This document shows, piece by piece, positions 49,968 to 59,868 of a stretch of 64,000 nucleotides of DNA (the first letter of the stretch is position 1; every line of letters begins with the position of its first letter). This DNA is from an uncultured Prevotellaceae bacterium (GTDB lineage: Bacteria > Bacteroidota > Bacteroidia > Bacteroidales > Bacteroidaceae): contig OMWH01000002.1 in assembly GCA_900314755.1 (NCBI GenBank), positions 25,926 through 89,925 of the forward strand, in the 5' to 3' direction. Position numbers and translations under genes: made by a program. The notes beneath the pieces were generated by a model that saw only the letters and a program-made list of their open reading frames with translations, searched no databases and was not told the DNA's origin.

Positions 49968-52496
49968 CTATTTTTGACCTGTGTCAATTCTACAAGGAGA
50001 CTCTTCCATGAAGAGGTATGAAGGTTGATAGCCCCCTGCATCCACCACAACCTTCTCAAAGACGATGGCTGGATCATTAGGAATAAGGGTGATGGTATGT
50101 ATACCTTCTGAAGCAAGAGGTAATTTCACAACACTCTCTACAACCCTACGTGCTACTGTCGGATAATAAACAGAATAGATATTCTCTGGTTTCTCATTAA
50201 GATCTTTATTGAAATTAACAACGACAGGATTACCATCATCAAGTGACACCTGATAGGTAAGACCTCCCTTATTCAGATAGTCGAGCGTAGATTTTACGAT
50301 GACATGCACCTTCACCTTGCCAGAGACTTTTCCGTCAGTCTTAAAACGATAAGTCAGACTTGCGTTGTCAGTGCCTTTGGTATAGGGCATCAAGACAACA
50401 CCACTGCGAGTACGTCCCATATCTGGAATAACAGTCCATGTTGTCTCCGCATTACTCTTCGCCATGTAATAATGCTCAGCCTCCATCGACACGACTCCAT
50501 GCTGCATGGAGAAGACATAGCCCCCACCCTGTCCGACAGGGAGTCTTTTTACTTCCGGCATGCGATCTGCGGGAAAATCATCATTCCACGAGGTATAGCC
50601 GATATGTTTCTGGGTCATCATGCCATTCCACTTGCCTCCTGCTATCTTATGGTTATAGTCGGCACAAAGTACGGAGTCACGACGGAAAGCCTGTTCCACC
50701 TTATCAGCCCATAGGTTGCAATCTGGATTTCCCTCCTCATAGAGTTTTTGGTTCATAGCCTGCGCATAGTACATCTGATAGATATTAGACATAGCCTGAA
50801 TGGGGAAAAGAATTAACTGCTGATAGGCATCATGATACCGCTCATCAAGTGTCAGATACTGGCGTAATGCCTCCGCCTCCAGTCGCATATACTCATCAGC
50901 GACCTGTCTCCACTCTCCTGTATGCACATTATAAGTAGTGGCATCCAGCATCTCTGCCGTAATGCGACCATTCATCTTACAAGAGAGATTAAGTAAACGT
51001 GCTGCCTCAGCAGCTTGGTTCTCACCAAACTGCTGACGACAGAACGCCCGTGAATGATTGACAATTAGTTTAGATTCATATTGATAGGGATTCCATGCCA
51101 TGTCCATAAAGAAAGTAATAGGATACTCCATTGGTTTCAGGTCACCGACATTCAGAATCCACATACGCTCAATACCATTAGCATAGGCAAGGTGCAACTG
51201 TTCCCACATATTTTGAGTGGGTGTCACATTCAGCCACTTGGTATTACGAGGTGCACCGACATAATCCACATGGTAGTAGAGTCCCCATCCTCCTGGATGC
51301 TGACGCTCTTTCATGTTAGGAACACGGCGGACGTTACCCCAGTTATCATCACATAACAGCATGATAACGTCATCAGGGACACGCATTCCTTTGTCGTAAT
51401 AGTCCAACACCTCTTTATATAAAGCCCATACCTGCGTGGTCTCCTTTGCTTTCTTTCCTGTAACCTCACTGATGATACGGCGCTGATTCTCCACAATACG
51501 CTGTAACAGTTTAGTATCAGCATCCTCACTCATCGCTTCGTCACCATCACCACGCATACCGATGGTCACCATATCTTCCGTACCTTTCATGCGTTCGATA
51601 CCCTCACGGAAGAACTTGTCAAGTTTCTGCTGATTCTTCTGGTAATTCCACGGTCCCCATTCTGCACGACGGCGGGCGTACTCCTGATGATTACGCGCCA
51701 TCGGCTCATGGTGGGATGTTCCCATAATGACACCCATATCATCAGCCGTCTTGGGGTTCAATGGATCATCAGCATAGAATGCCCACATCCACATGGCTGG
51801 CCACATCATATTACCACGCAAGCGTAGGATTAACTCAAATACTTTCTCATAGAAACGATGGTCACCATAGTTCGTGCCAAAAGTATTCTTTACCCAAGAA
51901 GTCAGACATGGTGCCTCATCATTAAGGAAGATACCACGAAACTCCACTGCTGGCTCGCCATCCGTATATATACCTTTATTAATATATATATGGTCATGAT
52001 GCTCTACAGGTACATCTGCCCAATAATACCATGGAGACACACCCATCTGTTCTGAAAGTTCATAAATGCCATAGACAGTGCCACGACGATCACTACCAGC
52101 AATGACCAATTGTCCATCTATCACGGTAATGATGAATTTCTCCCGTTTATTTTTCAACAGCGATGCATCCAGCTTCTTTTGTTTAACCAGTTGATTAATG
52201 AAAGAGGACTTGCCTATTGTTCCTACTATAATTTTAGCTTCAAATGTATCTCCCAGTTGAGCCTCTTCACCTGTCACTCTCGCAAAATCAGCTGCCAGTG
52301 TCTTGGCTGCAATGGCTACAGCCTTATCATCTGACTTATCATAACTGATAGTTACAGTTCCATCTGTAAGCAACATATCTCCAGATGTGAATCCAACAAA
52401 GCGGGGAGCAGCATTACTAATCAGGCTTTTTGAAAGCACAAGAGCTACCAGTGTACAATAAAAAACACTTCTTGATGACAATTTTATCCGTTTCAT
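49968..52496 (-). CDS. Glycoside hydrolase family 115 (xylan alpha-1,2-glucuronidase)
   Basis: Signal peptide, RGIFLNDEAP, GTSHHEPM, GMRGDGD, DDNWGN, YYHVDYVGAPR. Confidence 0.93.
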   Translation of the reverse strand: MKRIKLSSRSVFYCTLVALVLSKSLISNAAPRFVGFTSGDMLLTDGTVTISYDKSDDKAVAIAAKTLAADFARVTGEEAQLGDTFEAKIIVGTIGKSSFINQLVKQKKLDASLLKNKREKFIITVIDGQLVIAGSDRRGTVYGIYELSEQMGVSPWYYWADVPVEHHDHIYINKGIYTDGEPAVEFRGIFLNDEAPCLTSWVKNTFGTNYGDHRFYEKVFELILRLRGNMMWPAMWMWAFYADDPLNPKTADDMGVIMGTSHHEPMARNHQEYARRRAEWGPWNYQKNQQKLDKFFREGIERMKGTEDMVTIGMRGDGDEAMSEDADTKLLQRIVENQRRIISEVTGKKAKETTQVWALYKEVLDYYDKGMRVPDDVIMLLCDDNWGNVRRVPNMKERQHPGGWGLYYHVDYVGAPRNTKWLNVTPTQNMWEQLHLAYANGIERMWILNVGDLKPMEYPITFFMDMAWNPYQYESKLIVNHSRAFCRQQFGENQAAEAARLLNLSCKMNGRITAEMLDATTYNVHTGEWRQVADEYMRLEAEALRQYLTLDERYHDAYQQLILFPIQAMSNIYQMYYAQAMNQKLYEEGNPDCNLWADKVEQAFRRDSVLCADYNHKIAGGKWNGMMTQKHIGYTSWNDDFPADRMPEVKRLPVGQGGGYVFSMQHGVVSMEAEHYYMAKSNAETTWTVIPDMGRTRSGVVLMPYTKGTDNASLTYRFKTDGKVSGKVKVHVIVKSTLDYLNKGGLTYQVSLDDGNPVVVNFNKDLNEKPENIYSVYYPTVARRVVESVVKLPLASEGIHTITLIPNDPAIVFEKVVVDAGGYQPSYLFMEESPCRIDTGQK

Positions 52497-52526
52497 AGAA
52501 ACTACGCATTATCGTTATTGATGATG

Positions 52527-52558
52527 CAAAGTTAGGATTAAAACAAATACAAAACAAA
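52527..52558 (-). promoter_or_regulatory. GH115 promoter
   Basis: Minus-strand TTTG (52555-52558), 20-nt spacer, TAACTTTG (52527-52534). Confidence 0.75.
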
Positions 52559-52618
52559 TAAAAGGGCAAAAAAAATGGGGTGATGAAACATACAGAAACG
52601 TTTTTGGAACATACGGGC

Positions 52619-52659
52619 AAAAAAAGTCCCGCAAGTGTTACCTTGCGGGACTCTTTTTT
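52619..52659 (-). terminator. Terminator of OmpA gene
   Basis: AGTCCCGCAAG-TGTTAC-CTTGCGGGACT with flanking A/T tracts. Confidence 0.85.
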
Positions 52660-52673
52660 ATCTAATAACTAAA

Positions 52674-53867
52674 TTATTTAGTAGTGTCAACGAACATTGC
52701 AACACGGTTGAAGTCGTTCTCCTCAGATACCTCAGAAGTAGCACCATAACCCTTAGTGGTGATGCGATCCTTAGCAATCTTGTAGCGCTTGATCAATGCG
52801 TTGGCAACAACCTCAGCACGCTTTTCAGAAAGCTTCTGGTTGAGCTCAGCCTTACCCTCTGGAGAAGCATAACCCTTAACAAGAACCTTAGCCTCAGGAT
52901 GATTCTTCATATACTTAGCAACCATCTCGATGCTTGCATACTGAGCAGCGTCGATAGTGCTCTTACCCTGGCGGAAGATAACCATTGGCTGCAGAACAGT
53001 CTCCTTCTTCTCAACAACAGCAGCTGTTGTAGGACGAGCCTCGCAGTCAGCGAGCTTCTTCTTCAGGTCGTTAATAGTAGCGTTAGCAGCGTTCAGCTGA
53101 CCATTCTTAGCGTCAACATCAGAACGAAGCTCATTGATCTTAGCGTTCAGAGCATCAATCTCAGCTGGGTCGCGGAGCTCCTCAACCTTGAAGTTGTGAG
53201 TACCATTGCTTGTACCGAATTTGTAGTTGATACCAGCCTTCAGAGAGAAAGCACCATTCCATTTCTTAGAACCAGTTCCGTCATAAACATTCTTGCGGAA
53301 GGGATTTGCATACTGTGGATAAGGCTGTCCAAGAACGACACCTGGCTCAATGAAGAGCTGCCACTGCTTAGCAGCACCAAGGTTGAAAGCGAAGTCGATA
53401 GCAGCCTTAGCATTGATACCACCTTGCTTCTCAGCCCATGCACGGCTGTAACCACCACCTACAAGAGCAATAACCTCAAATGCACATGGCTCACCTTTGT
53501 AACCAGCAAATGCATTGCTCAGGTTCCAAGTAGACAGAATGTCAAAGTCTGTAGCGTTGATGAAAGTCTTGCTACCGAACATAGACTTAGAATCAGACTT
53601 GTTCAGGAAGTAAGCGTTTACGTCCAAAGCCAAACCGAATACGGTAGTCAGGTTCTTACCAAGACGGAATCCGAACTCAGGAGATACACCCTTCATGAAG
53701 CCGTACTTTGTACCTCCGAAGTCGAACTTGTTCATGGGAGTAGCTACACCTGCATTGATACCAATGTACCAGTTGTCACCAGCCTTGTTTGCAGTAACTG
53801 CAGTTTTCTGTGCAGACACAGAAGCTGTCATCATAGCGACAGCAAGCATTAAAAAAAGCTTTTTCAT
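52674..53867 (-). CDS. OmpA family major outer membrane protein
   Basis: Signal peptide, beta-barrel, coiled coil, GYASPEG, LSEKRA, NRV; strong codon bias. Confidence 0.92.
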   Translation of the reverse strand: MKKLFLMLAVAMMTASVSAQKTAVTANKAGDNWYIGINAGVATPMNKFDFGGTKYGFMKGVSPEFGFRLGKNLTTVFGLALDVNAYFLNKSDSKSMFGSKTFINATDFDILSTWNLSNAFAGYKGEPCAFEVIALVGGGYSRAWAEKQGGINAKAAIDFAFNLGAAKQWQLFIEPGVVLGQPYPQYANPFRKNVYDGTGSKKWNGAFSLKAGINYKFGTSNGTHNFKVEELRDPAEIDALNAKINELRSDVDAKNGQLNAANATINDLKKKLADCEARPTTAAVVEKKETVLQPMVIFRQGKSTIDAAQYASIEMVAKYMKNHPEAKVLVKGYASPEGKAELNQKLSEKRAEVVANALIKRYKIAKDRITTKGYGATSEVSEENDFNRVAMFVDTTK

Positions 53868-54044
53868 TTGTTTACTAACTTTGTTAATTTATAAATAAAT
53901 CTACCTATTTTTATTATTTTCGGTGCAAAGTAAATAAAAAAAACAATAAGTTCCAAGAAAATCGTGTAAAAAGTACGTTTTTAACTAAATTTTCTTGATT
54001 TAGATTGCCTTTTTAAGTTTTTCCGCCCCTTATTTGGTAAAATT

Positions 54045-55364
54045 TCAGAACTTATAGTCGATTCCGACACCTATCACGTTATTGCTGCGGGAATAGATGT
54101 CCTTCCCGGCGATGCCCAGTCCCTGGTAACTGCTCTGCTCCTTGGTATAGTCGCTATAGAGACTGATGAAGTAGCCAGCATTCAACCGGATTTTCTCCGT
54201 GATGTTCCAAGCACCGCCCAGTCCTATTGACCAGCTGTCACAGGCAAAGGAGGTGTTCTGCTGATAGTCGTCACTCAGTCCATAGTCGGTACGCTGCGCA
54301 CCGCAACTGATGGTAAACTTCTCGTTGATGTCATATTCCACACCGGCAAGGAACTCATGCGTCCCATGCTTCAACTCTTCCTGACGGTCGTTCGCCATCT
54401 TCGCATTCTTATCGTCAAAGAAATGGTATTCCAATGTGGCACGCAGCTTTGGAGAGAACTCATAGCCTGCGGCAAAGGTCAACAGGGCAGGCATGTCATA
54501 TCGAGTCTTCACACCGTCCATATACCCTCCGACCTTCGAGCCTAAGACAGCGGCAGTCTGTTCCGGTGTCATCCCCGCAATCTCCGCTGTCAGTTCCTTG
54601 GTATCGTTTGGCACATTGATTTTAGTGCGGAACTCATAACGGGCAGCCAGTGTGACGGGACCTTTGTGGAAGTCCAGACTGATAATCGGTGTGAAGCCCC
54701 ACCCCCGCTGGTTACAGTCAAGTTGCAGATTGATGAGTTTGTTACCTCCCATATCCGCCACCACATGTCCACGATAGTAGCCGTCATAGTAGTTGGCACG
54801 GAAACCGACAGCAGCCGCCAGACAATCGATGATCTTATACGTGAAGTTGATCTGCCCGCCATAGATATACTGTTTGCCTTTCATCTCCGAGTCGAGGGTA
54901 TAGGTGCCGGGCATCAGTCCTTTTTGTGCCAGCATGGCGGTCATCGGGACATTGAACATCGGTACGCCGTCCTTATACTCCACGAAACCGCCACTTCCCA
55001 CGATACCGATCATTGCCGACACGGCGATGCGGTCTTTCTTATAGGAGGCGAAGAGTGCCGGTACGATAGGTGCCGATGCCTTGCCATGAAACTTCTGGTT
55101 ATAGTCAGCCCCCAGGAAATTGGGAATACTGGTCTCTATGTCACGGTTCTGCCATGGTTTCTGGAAATTCAGTGAGAATTGCCACCCCTCATGACCCCAG
55201 GCAAAGCCTGCGGGGTTACTGAAAGCAGCATCAATTTCAAAGGTTGCGCCACGAGCCATCATACGGTCGAATGCGATATGATAATTCGTGTTGGTCATCA
55301 GTCCACCAGCATAAGCCATTGCTGTCACACACAGGATGACGGAAGTCAATAATACTTTTTTCAT
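54045..55364 (-). CDS. OmpP1/FadL-like outer membrane transporter
   Basis: Signal peptide, NTNY, AAFSNPAG, beta-strand pattern, terminal YKF. Confidence 0.75.
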   Translation of the reverse strand: MKKVLLTSVILCVTAMAYAGGLMTNTNYHIAFDRMMARGATFEIDAAFSNPAGFAWGHEGWQFSLNFQKPWQNRDIETSIPNFLGADYNQKFHGKASAPIVPALFASYKKDRIAVSAMIGIVGSGGFVEYKDGVPMFNVPMTAMLAQKGLMPGTYTLDSEMKGKQYIYGGQINFTYKIIDCLAAAVGFRANYYDGYYRGHVVADMGGNKLINLQLDCNQRGWGFTPIISLDFHKGPVTLAARYEFRTKINVPNDTKELTAEIAGMTPEQTAAVLGSKVGGYMDGVKTRYDMPALLTFAAGYEFSPKLRATLEYHFFDDKNAKMANDRQEELKHGTHEFLAGVEYDINEKFTISCGAQRTDYGLSDDYQQNTSFACDSWSIGLGGAWNITEKIRLNAGYFISLYSDYTKEQSSYQGLGIAGKDIYSRSNNVIGVGIDYKF

Positions 55365-55573
55365 TCTTTATATTTTAATGGTTTCCTGGGTGCAAAGGTA
55401 CAAATAATAATTATAAAACAGGAAAAAACGACAATAAAAATGCGCAAATGGGACAAAATATGTTATTTTCTGTAATTCTGGTTAATCTTTCCGTCTTTTG
55501 TATCGTCTATTATATATAAATAATGTGTATCTTTGCAACGGATTTACAACGGAATATTAAAACGACAAATAAG

Positions 55574-56533
55574 ATGAGAAAACTATTTTTCATTTCTGTT
55601 GCCATGATGATGGCAACGACAACTTTCGCCCAGTCGAAGGTCTATTTTACTAAGGAGATTACTCCTGAGTCATTGGTGAAGATCTACAAGGCGCTCGGTG
55701 TAGAGGCAAAAGGACGTGTCGCCGTGAAGATATCAACTGGTGAGGGCGGTAACACGCACTACCTGAAGCCCACACTCATCCGCAACCTCGTGGACGAGGT
55801 GAACGGTACCATCGTGGAGTGCTGCACGGCTTACGGCGGTTCCCGTCAAGACCCCAAGAAACACTGGGAGACGATTCACGACCATGGCTTCGACAGCATC
55901 TTCGCCGTGGATATCATGGATGAGTTCCACGACATCCGCATCCCCATTCAGGACAAGAAGCACCTGAAATACGATATCGTGGGTGAGCATCTTGCCAACT
56001 ACAACTTCATGATCAACCTCGCCCACTTCAAGGGGCATGCCATGGGTGGCTTCGGCGGTGTGATGAAGAACGCCTCCATCGGTGTTGCCTCCACAGCTGG
56101 CAAGGCGTATATCCACACGGCTGGTAAGACGGACGATGCCAAGATTGCATGGGGTCCCGACTATCTCGCCGCTGGCAAGACACAGGATCTCTTCCTGGAG
56201 TCGATGGCTGCCGCCGCACAGGCTGTCCATGAGTATTTCAACGGTAACATCATCTACATCAACATCATGAACAACATGTCGGTAGACTGCGACTGCGACG
56301 GGCATCCCGCCAAACCGGAACTGCAGGACATGGGCATCATGGCATCCCTCGACCCTGTTGCCGTCGACCAGGCTTGCCTGGACAAGGTGTTCAACTACCA
56401 GGGCAAACCGGGTGATGACAACAAACCGCTCATCCAGCGCATCAACCGCCAGCATGGCACGTATATCACTGACTATGCTGAGAAGATTGGCTTGGGCTCT
56501 AAGAAGTATGAGCTGATTGACCTCGACAAATAA
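55574..56533 (+). CDS. Exported DUF362 domain (Fe-S) protein
   Basis: VAVKISTGE, VECCTAY, LAHFKGH, GGVMKN, SVDCDC, ASLDPVAVD; Sec signal from ATG 55574. Confidence 0.85.
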   Translation: MRKLFFISVAMMMATTTFAQSKVYFTKEITPESLVKIYKALGVEAKGRVAVKISTGEGGNTHYLKPTLIRNLVDEVNGTIVECCTAYGGSRQDPKKHWETIHDHGFDSIFAVDIMDEFHDIRIPIQDKKHLKYDIVGEHLANYNFMINLAHFKGHAMGGFGGVMKNASIGVASTAGKAYIHTAGKTDDAKIAWGPDYLAAGKTQDLFLESMAAAAQAVHEYFNGNIIYINIMNNMSVDCDCDGHPAKPELQDMGIMASLDPVAVDQACLDKVFNYQGKPGDDNKPLIQRINRQHGTYITDYAEKIGLGSKKYELIDLDK

Positions 56534-56563
56534 GTAATTCCCAACACATCAAAAACTATACTA

Positions 56564-58435
56564 ATGAGAAGAAATATCCTTACGCTGATGCTGGTGGCGG
56601 TGGCTGCCGGCATCAACGCTGAAGAAGTCACCGACTCTATGAACCTGCAGGACGTGGTGGTGACGGGTACCCGTAACGCCACCGACGTGCGCTATCTGCC
56701 TATGACGGTCTCTGTCATCGGTCGTCAGACACTCACAGAACAGTATCAGACAAGTGTCCTGCCCACCGTCATGCAACAGGTGCCCGGACTCTTCGTCACC
56801 AGCCGTTCCATGCTGGGCTATGGGGTCTCCAGCGGTGCCGCAGGGGGCATCAACCTGCGGGGCATCGCTGGCGGCAGTGGTCAGCTGATGGTACTCATCG
56901 ACGGTCATCCGCAATATAACGGTATCTATGGGCATCCTATCGCCGACAGTTACCAGACACTGATGACCGAGCGGGTGGAGGTGTTGCGCGGTCCTGCCTC
57001 CATGCTCTATGGCTCGAATGCCATGGGGGGTGTCATCAATATCGTGACCCGTGGAATGCATGAGGATGGCGTGAAGACGACGGTCAACCTGGGGACTGGC
57101 AGCTACGGCACTATCCAGGCGGAGGCTTCTAACCAGGTGCGCAGCGGCAAGTTCTCCAGTACGGTGGCAGCACAGTATGGGCGCACCGACAATCACCGCC
57201 CCCGCATGGGTTTCGAGCAGTATGGGGGGTATCTGAAACTGGGTTACGACTTCCATGCGCACTGGAATGCGTATGTCGATGCGAATATCACGCATTTCAA
57301 TGCCAGCCAACCGGGCAGCACGTCTTCCCCACTCTACGATGCCGACCAGTGGATCACTCGCGGCATGGTGTCTGCGGCTGTCGAGAATCATTATAACAAG
57401 ACCAGCGGTGCCGTCAGCCTCTATACCAACTTCGGACGACATAAGATTGACGACGGTACGGCTGATGCTGCGAACCCCACCAAGCGGTATTTCCGCTCGA
57501 AGGACGCACTGCTGGGTGTCTCTCTCTATCAGAGTGCACAACTCTTCGAGGGCAACCGGGTGACGGTGGGTATTGACTATCAGCATATCTATGGGCATGC
57601 GTACTATACCTCAAAGGAGACGGGTGAGACACTGGACACGCCCAACAAACAGAGCGGCAAGTCGTATCGCAACGAGATAGCGGGCTATGTGGAGTTCCGG
57701 CAGGATCTCACCTCGTGGCTGACGGTTGATGCGGGCATCCGTATCGACCACCATAGCGTCACGGGGACGGAGTGGATTCCACAGGGGGGCATCGTCATCC
57801 GTCCGATGAACAACGGTGAGCTGAAAGCAATGGTGAGCAAGGGGTTCCGCAATCCTACCATGCGGGAGATGTATCTCTACCCTCCCTCTAACGAGGACTT
57901 GAAACCGGAACGTCTGATGAACTACGAACTGTCGTGGAAACACCGGTTTAACACGCTGACCTACGGCATCAACTTCTTCTATCTGAAGGGTGACAACATG
58001 ATTCAGACGATGCCCGTCGATGGCAAGCCGCGTAATGTGAACACGGGAAAAGTGGAGAACTACGGTGCTGAACTGGAGGCTGCCTATCGCATCAGCCAGC
58101 ATTGGAACATCACCACCAACCATGCGCTGCTGCACATGAAGAACCCTGTACTGGCTGCCCCGAAATATAAGGGATTCCTCGGTGCCAACTACAACTGCCA
58201 CCGACTGGGTGTCGTGGCTGGGCTGCAATATATCAGTGGACTTTATACCGCCATCGGTGATAACGAGAAGAAAGAGAACTTCCTCCTGCTTAACGCCACG
58301 GTCAGCTATCAGCTCATCAGGAACCTTGCCCTCTGGGTACGTGGCGAGAACCTGCTGGCGCAACGCTACGAGATCAACCTCGGCTACCCCATGCCACGTG
58401 CTACCTTCATGGCTGGTGTGCAGTGCAGCTTCTGA
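56564..58435 (+). CDS. TonB-dependent receptor
   Basis: DVVVTGTR, plug ERVEVLRGPASMLYGSNAMGGVINIVT, NLLAQRY, terminal F. Confidence 0.93.
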   Translation: MRRNILTLMLVAVAAGINAEEVTDSMNLQDVVVTGTRNATDVRYLPMTVSVIGRQTLTEQYQTSVLPTVMQQVPGLFVTSRSMLGYGVSSGAAGGINLRGIAGGSGQLMVLIDGHPQYNGIYGHPIADSYQTLMTERVEVLRGPASMLYGSNAMGGVINIVTRGMHEDGVKTTVNLGTGSYGTIQAEASNQVRSGKFSSTVAAQYGRTDNHRPRMGFEQYGGYLKLGYDFHAHWNAYVDANITHFNASQPGSTSSPLYDADQWITRGMVSAAVENHYNKTSGAVSLYTNFGRHKIDDGTADAANPTKRYFRSKDALLGVSLYQSAQLFEGNRVTVGIDYQHIYGHAYYTSKETGETLDTPNKQSGKSYRNEIAGYVEFRQDLTSWLTVDAGIRIDHHSVTGTEWIPQGGIVIRPMNNGELKAMVSKGFRNPTMREMYLYPPSNEDLKPERLMNYELSWKHRFNTLTYGINFFYLKGDNMIQTMPVDGKPRNVNTGKVENYGAELEAAYRISQHWNITTNHALLHMKNPVLAAPKYKGFLGANYNCHRLGVVAGLQYISGLYTAIGDNEKKENFLLLNATVSYQLIRNLALWVRGENLLAQRYEINLGYPMPRATFMAGVQCSF

Positions 58436-58463
58436 TACCGTTATTCCGATACTCATCATCAAC

Positions 58464-58502
58464 AAAACGACTGGCAGATTTCTCATTCCGCCAGTCGTTT
58501 TG
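58464..58502. terminator. Bidirectional terminator
   Basis: AAACGACTGGC...GCCAGTCGTTT; shares its stem with 18432-18468. Confidence 0.8.
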
Positions 58503-58524
58503 CTAATATATATTATAATGTAGG

Positions 58525-59067
58525 TTACACCTGCTCGATAATCTTGCCGCCCTCCTCTATCGCCTGCATGTTGAGGGGAATCATTGCGTGATGACGCTCA
58601 GGGAGTGTCTTGAAGAGTGCTTTCTCCACACCCTTCGTGCTCACGACGGGAGCCACCTTGAGGAGACCGCCCAGCACAATCATGTTGAACACCTTCGAGT
58701 TCTTCATCTCCGCAGCCTTGTCCATGGCATCAATGCGGTAGATGGTGATGTCCTTACGGGTTGGCGGGTTGAGGATGCCGTAGCCGTCGTAGATCAAGAT
58801 ACCACCGGGTTTGAGTTTCGGCTCAAACTTCTCCAGCGACGGCTGGTTGAGGACGATGGCGATGTCGAACTTCGAGAGGATGGGCGAACTGATTTTCTCA
58901 TCACTCACGATGACGGTGACGTTTGCCGTACCGCCACGCTGCTCGGGACCATAGGCTGGCATCCAGGTCACCTCCTTGTCGTCCATCAGTCCTGAATATG
59001 CCAGAATCTTACCCATCGAGAGGACTCCCTGACCACCGAAACCTGAAATAATTATTTCTTTCTTCAT
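58525..59067 (-). CDS. 2-oxoacid:ferredoxin oxidoreductase gamma subunit
   Basis: SGFGGQG, YGPEQRGG, NMIVLG. Confidence 0.93.
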   Translation of the reverse strand: MKKEIIISGFGGQGVLSMGKILAYSGLMDDKEVTWMPAYGPEQRGGTANVTVIVSDEKISSPILSKFDIAIVLNQPSLEKFEPKLKPGGILIYDGYGILNPPTRKDITIYRIDAMDKAAEMKNSKVFNMIVLGGLLKVAPVVSTKGVEKALFKTLPERHHAMIPLNMQAIEEGGKIIEQV

Positions 59068-59102
59068 TTTTCTCTAAACTCTAAACACTAAACTCTCAAC
59101 TA
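59068..59102 (-). repeat. Heptamer array filling intergenic spacer
   Basis: Minus strand: TAG TTGAGAG TTTAGTG TTTAGAG TTTAGAG AAAA ATG. Confidence 0.8.
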
Positions 59103-59867
59103 AAGATTCGTCGAATCTTTTAAGTCTCCTTTCGGATAATAATTGAACATGTGCTCCTGCATCCACTCGTTGGCAGCCTTTGGTGGCATCTTCCAACCAC
59201 TGTTACAGGTCGATACGATCTCCACGAGACTGCTGCCCTTCCCTGCCATCGAAGCCTCGAAAGCCTTGCGGATAGCCTTCTTCGCACTGCGGATAGCGGC
59301 AACGGTCTCGACACTCTGACGGGTGACATAGCAAGTACCCTCCAGTGTGGCAGCGATCTCGGTGATATGCAGAGGATATCCGTGCAGGTCAGCCTGACGG
59401 CCATAAGGACACGTGGAAGTCTTCATACCCATCAGTGTGGTAGGAGCCATCTGTCCACCCGTCATACCGTAGATGGCATTGTTGATGAAGATGATGGCGA
59501 TGTTCTCCCCACGGTTCAGGGCATGAATGGTCTCACAGGTTCCGATACAGGCAAGGTCACCGTCACCCTGATAGGTAAACACGAGACGGTCGGGCCACAG
59601 GCGCTTGATAGCGGTAGCCACAGCAGGGGCACGTCCATGGGCAGCTTCCTGCCAGTCGATGTCCAGATAATTATAGGCAAACACGGCACAGCCCACGGGT
59701 GACACACCAACGGTCTTCTCCTCCATGCCCATTTCCTCGATGACCTCAGCCACGAGTTTATGTACCACGCCATGCGAGCAACCAGGGCAGTAGTGCATAT
59801 GGTTGTCGTTCATCAGTGTGGGTTTCTGATATACCAGGTTCTCTGGTGAAATGATATTGTTCTCCAT
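59100..59867 (-). CDS. 2-oxoacid:ferredoxin oxidoreductase beta (TPP-binding) subunit
   Basis: YCPGC, HGRAPA, QGDGD, NNAIYGMTGGQ. Confidence 0.93.
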   Translation of the reverse strand: MENNIISPENLVYQKPTLMNDNHMHYCPGCSHGVVHKLVAEVIEEMGMEEKTVGVSPVGCAVFAYNYLDIDWQEAAHGRAPAVATAIKRLWPDRLVFTYQGDGDLACIGTCETIHALNRGENIAIIFINNAIYGMTGGQMAPTTLMGMKTSTCPYGRQADLHGYPLHITEIAATLEGTCYVTRQSVETVAAIRSAKKAIRKAFEASMAGKGSSLVEIVSTCNSGWKMPPKAANEWMQEHMFNYYPKGDLKDSTNL

Positions 59868-59868
59868 C

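Noticed and set aside
55365-55573. Cobalamin or other riboswitch upstream of DUF362/TonB genes
   Set aside because: AT-rich divergent promoter region with no recognisable aptamer core.
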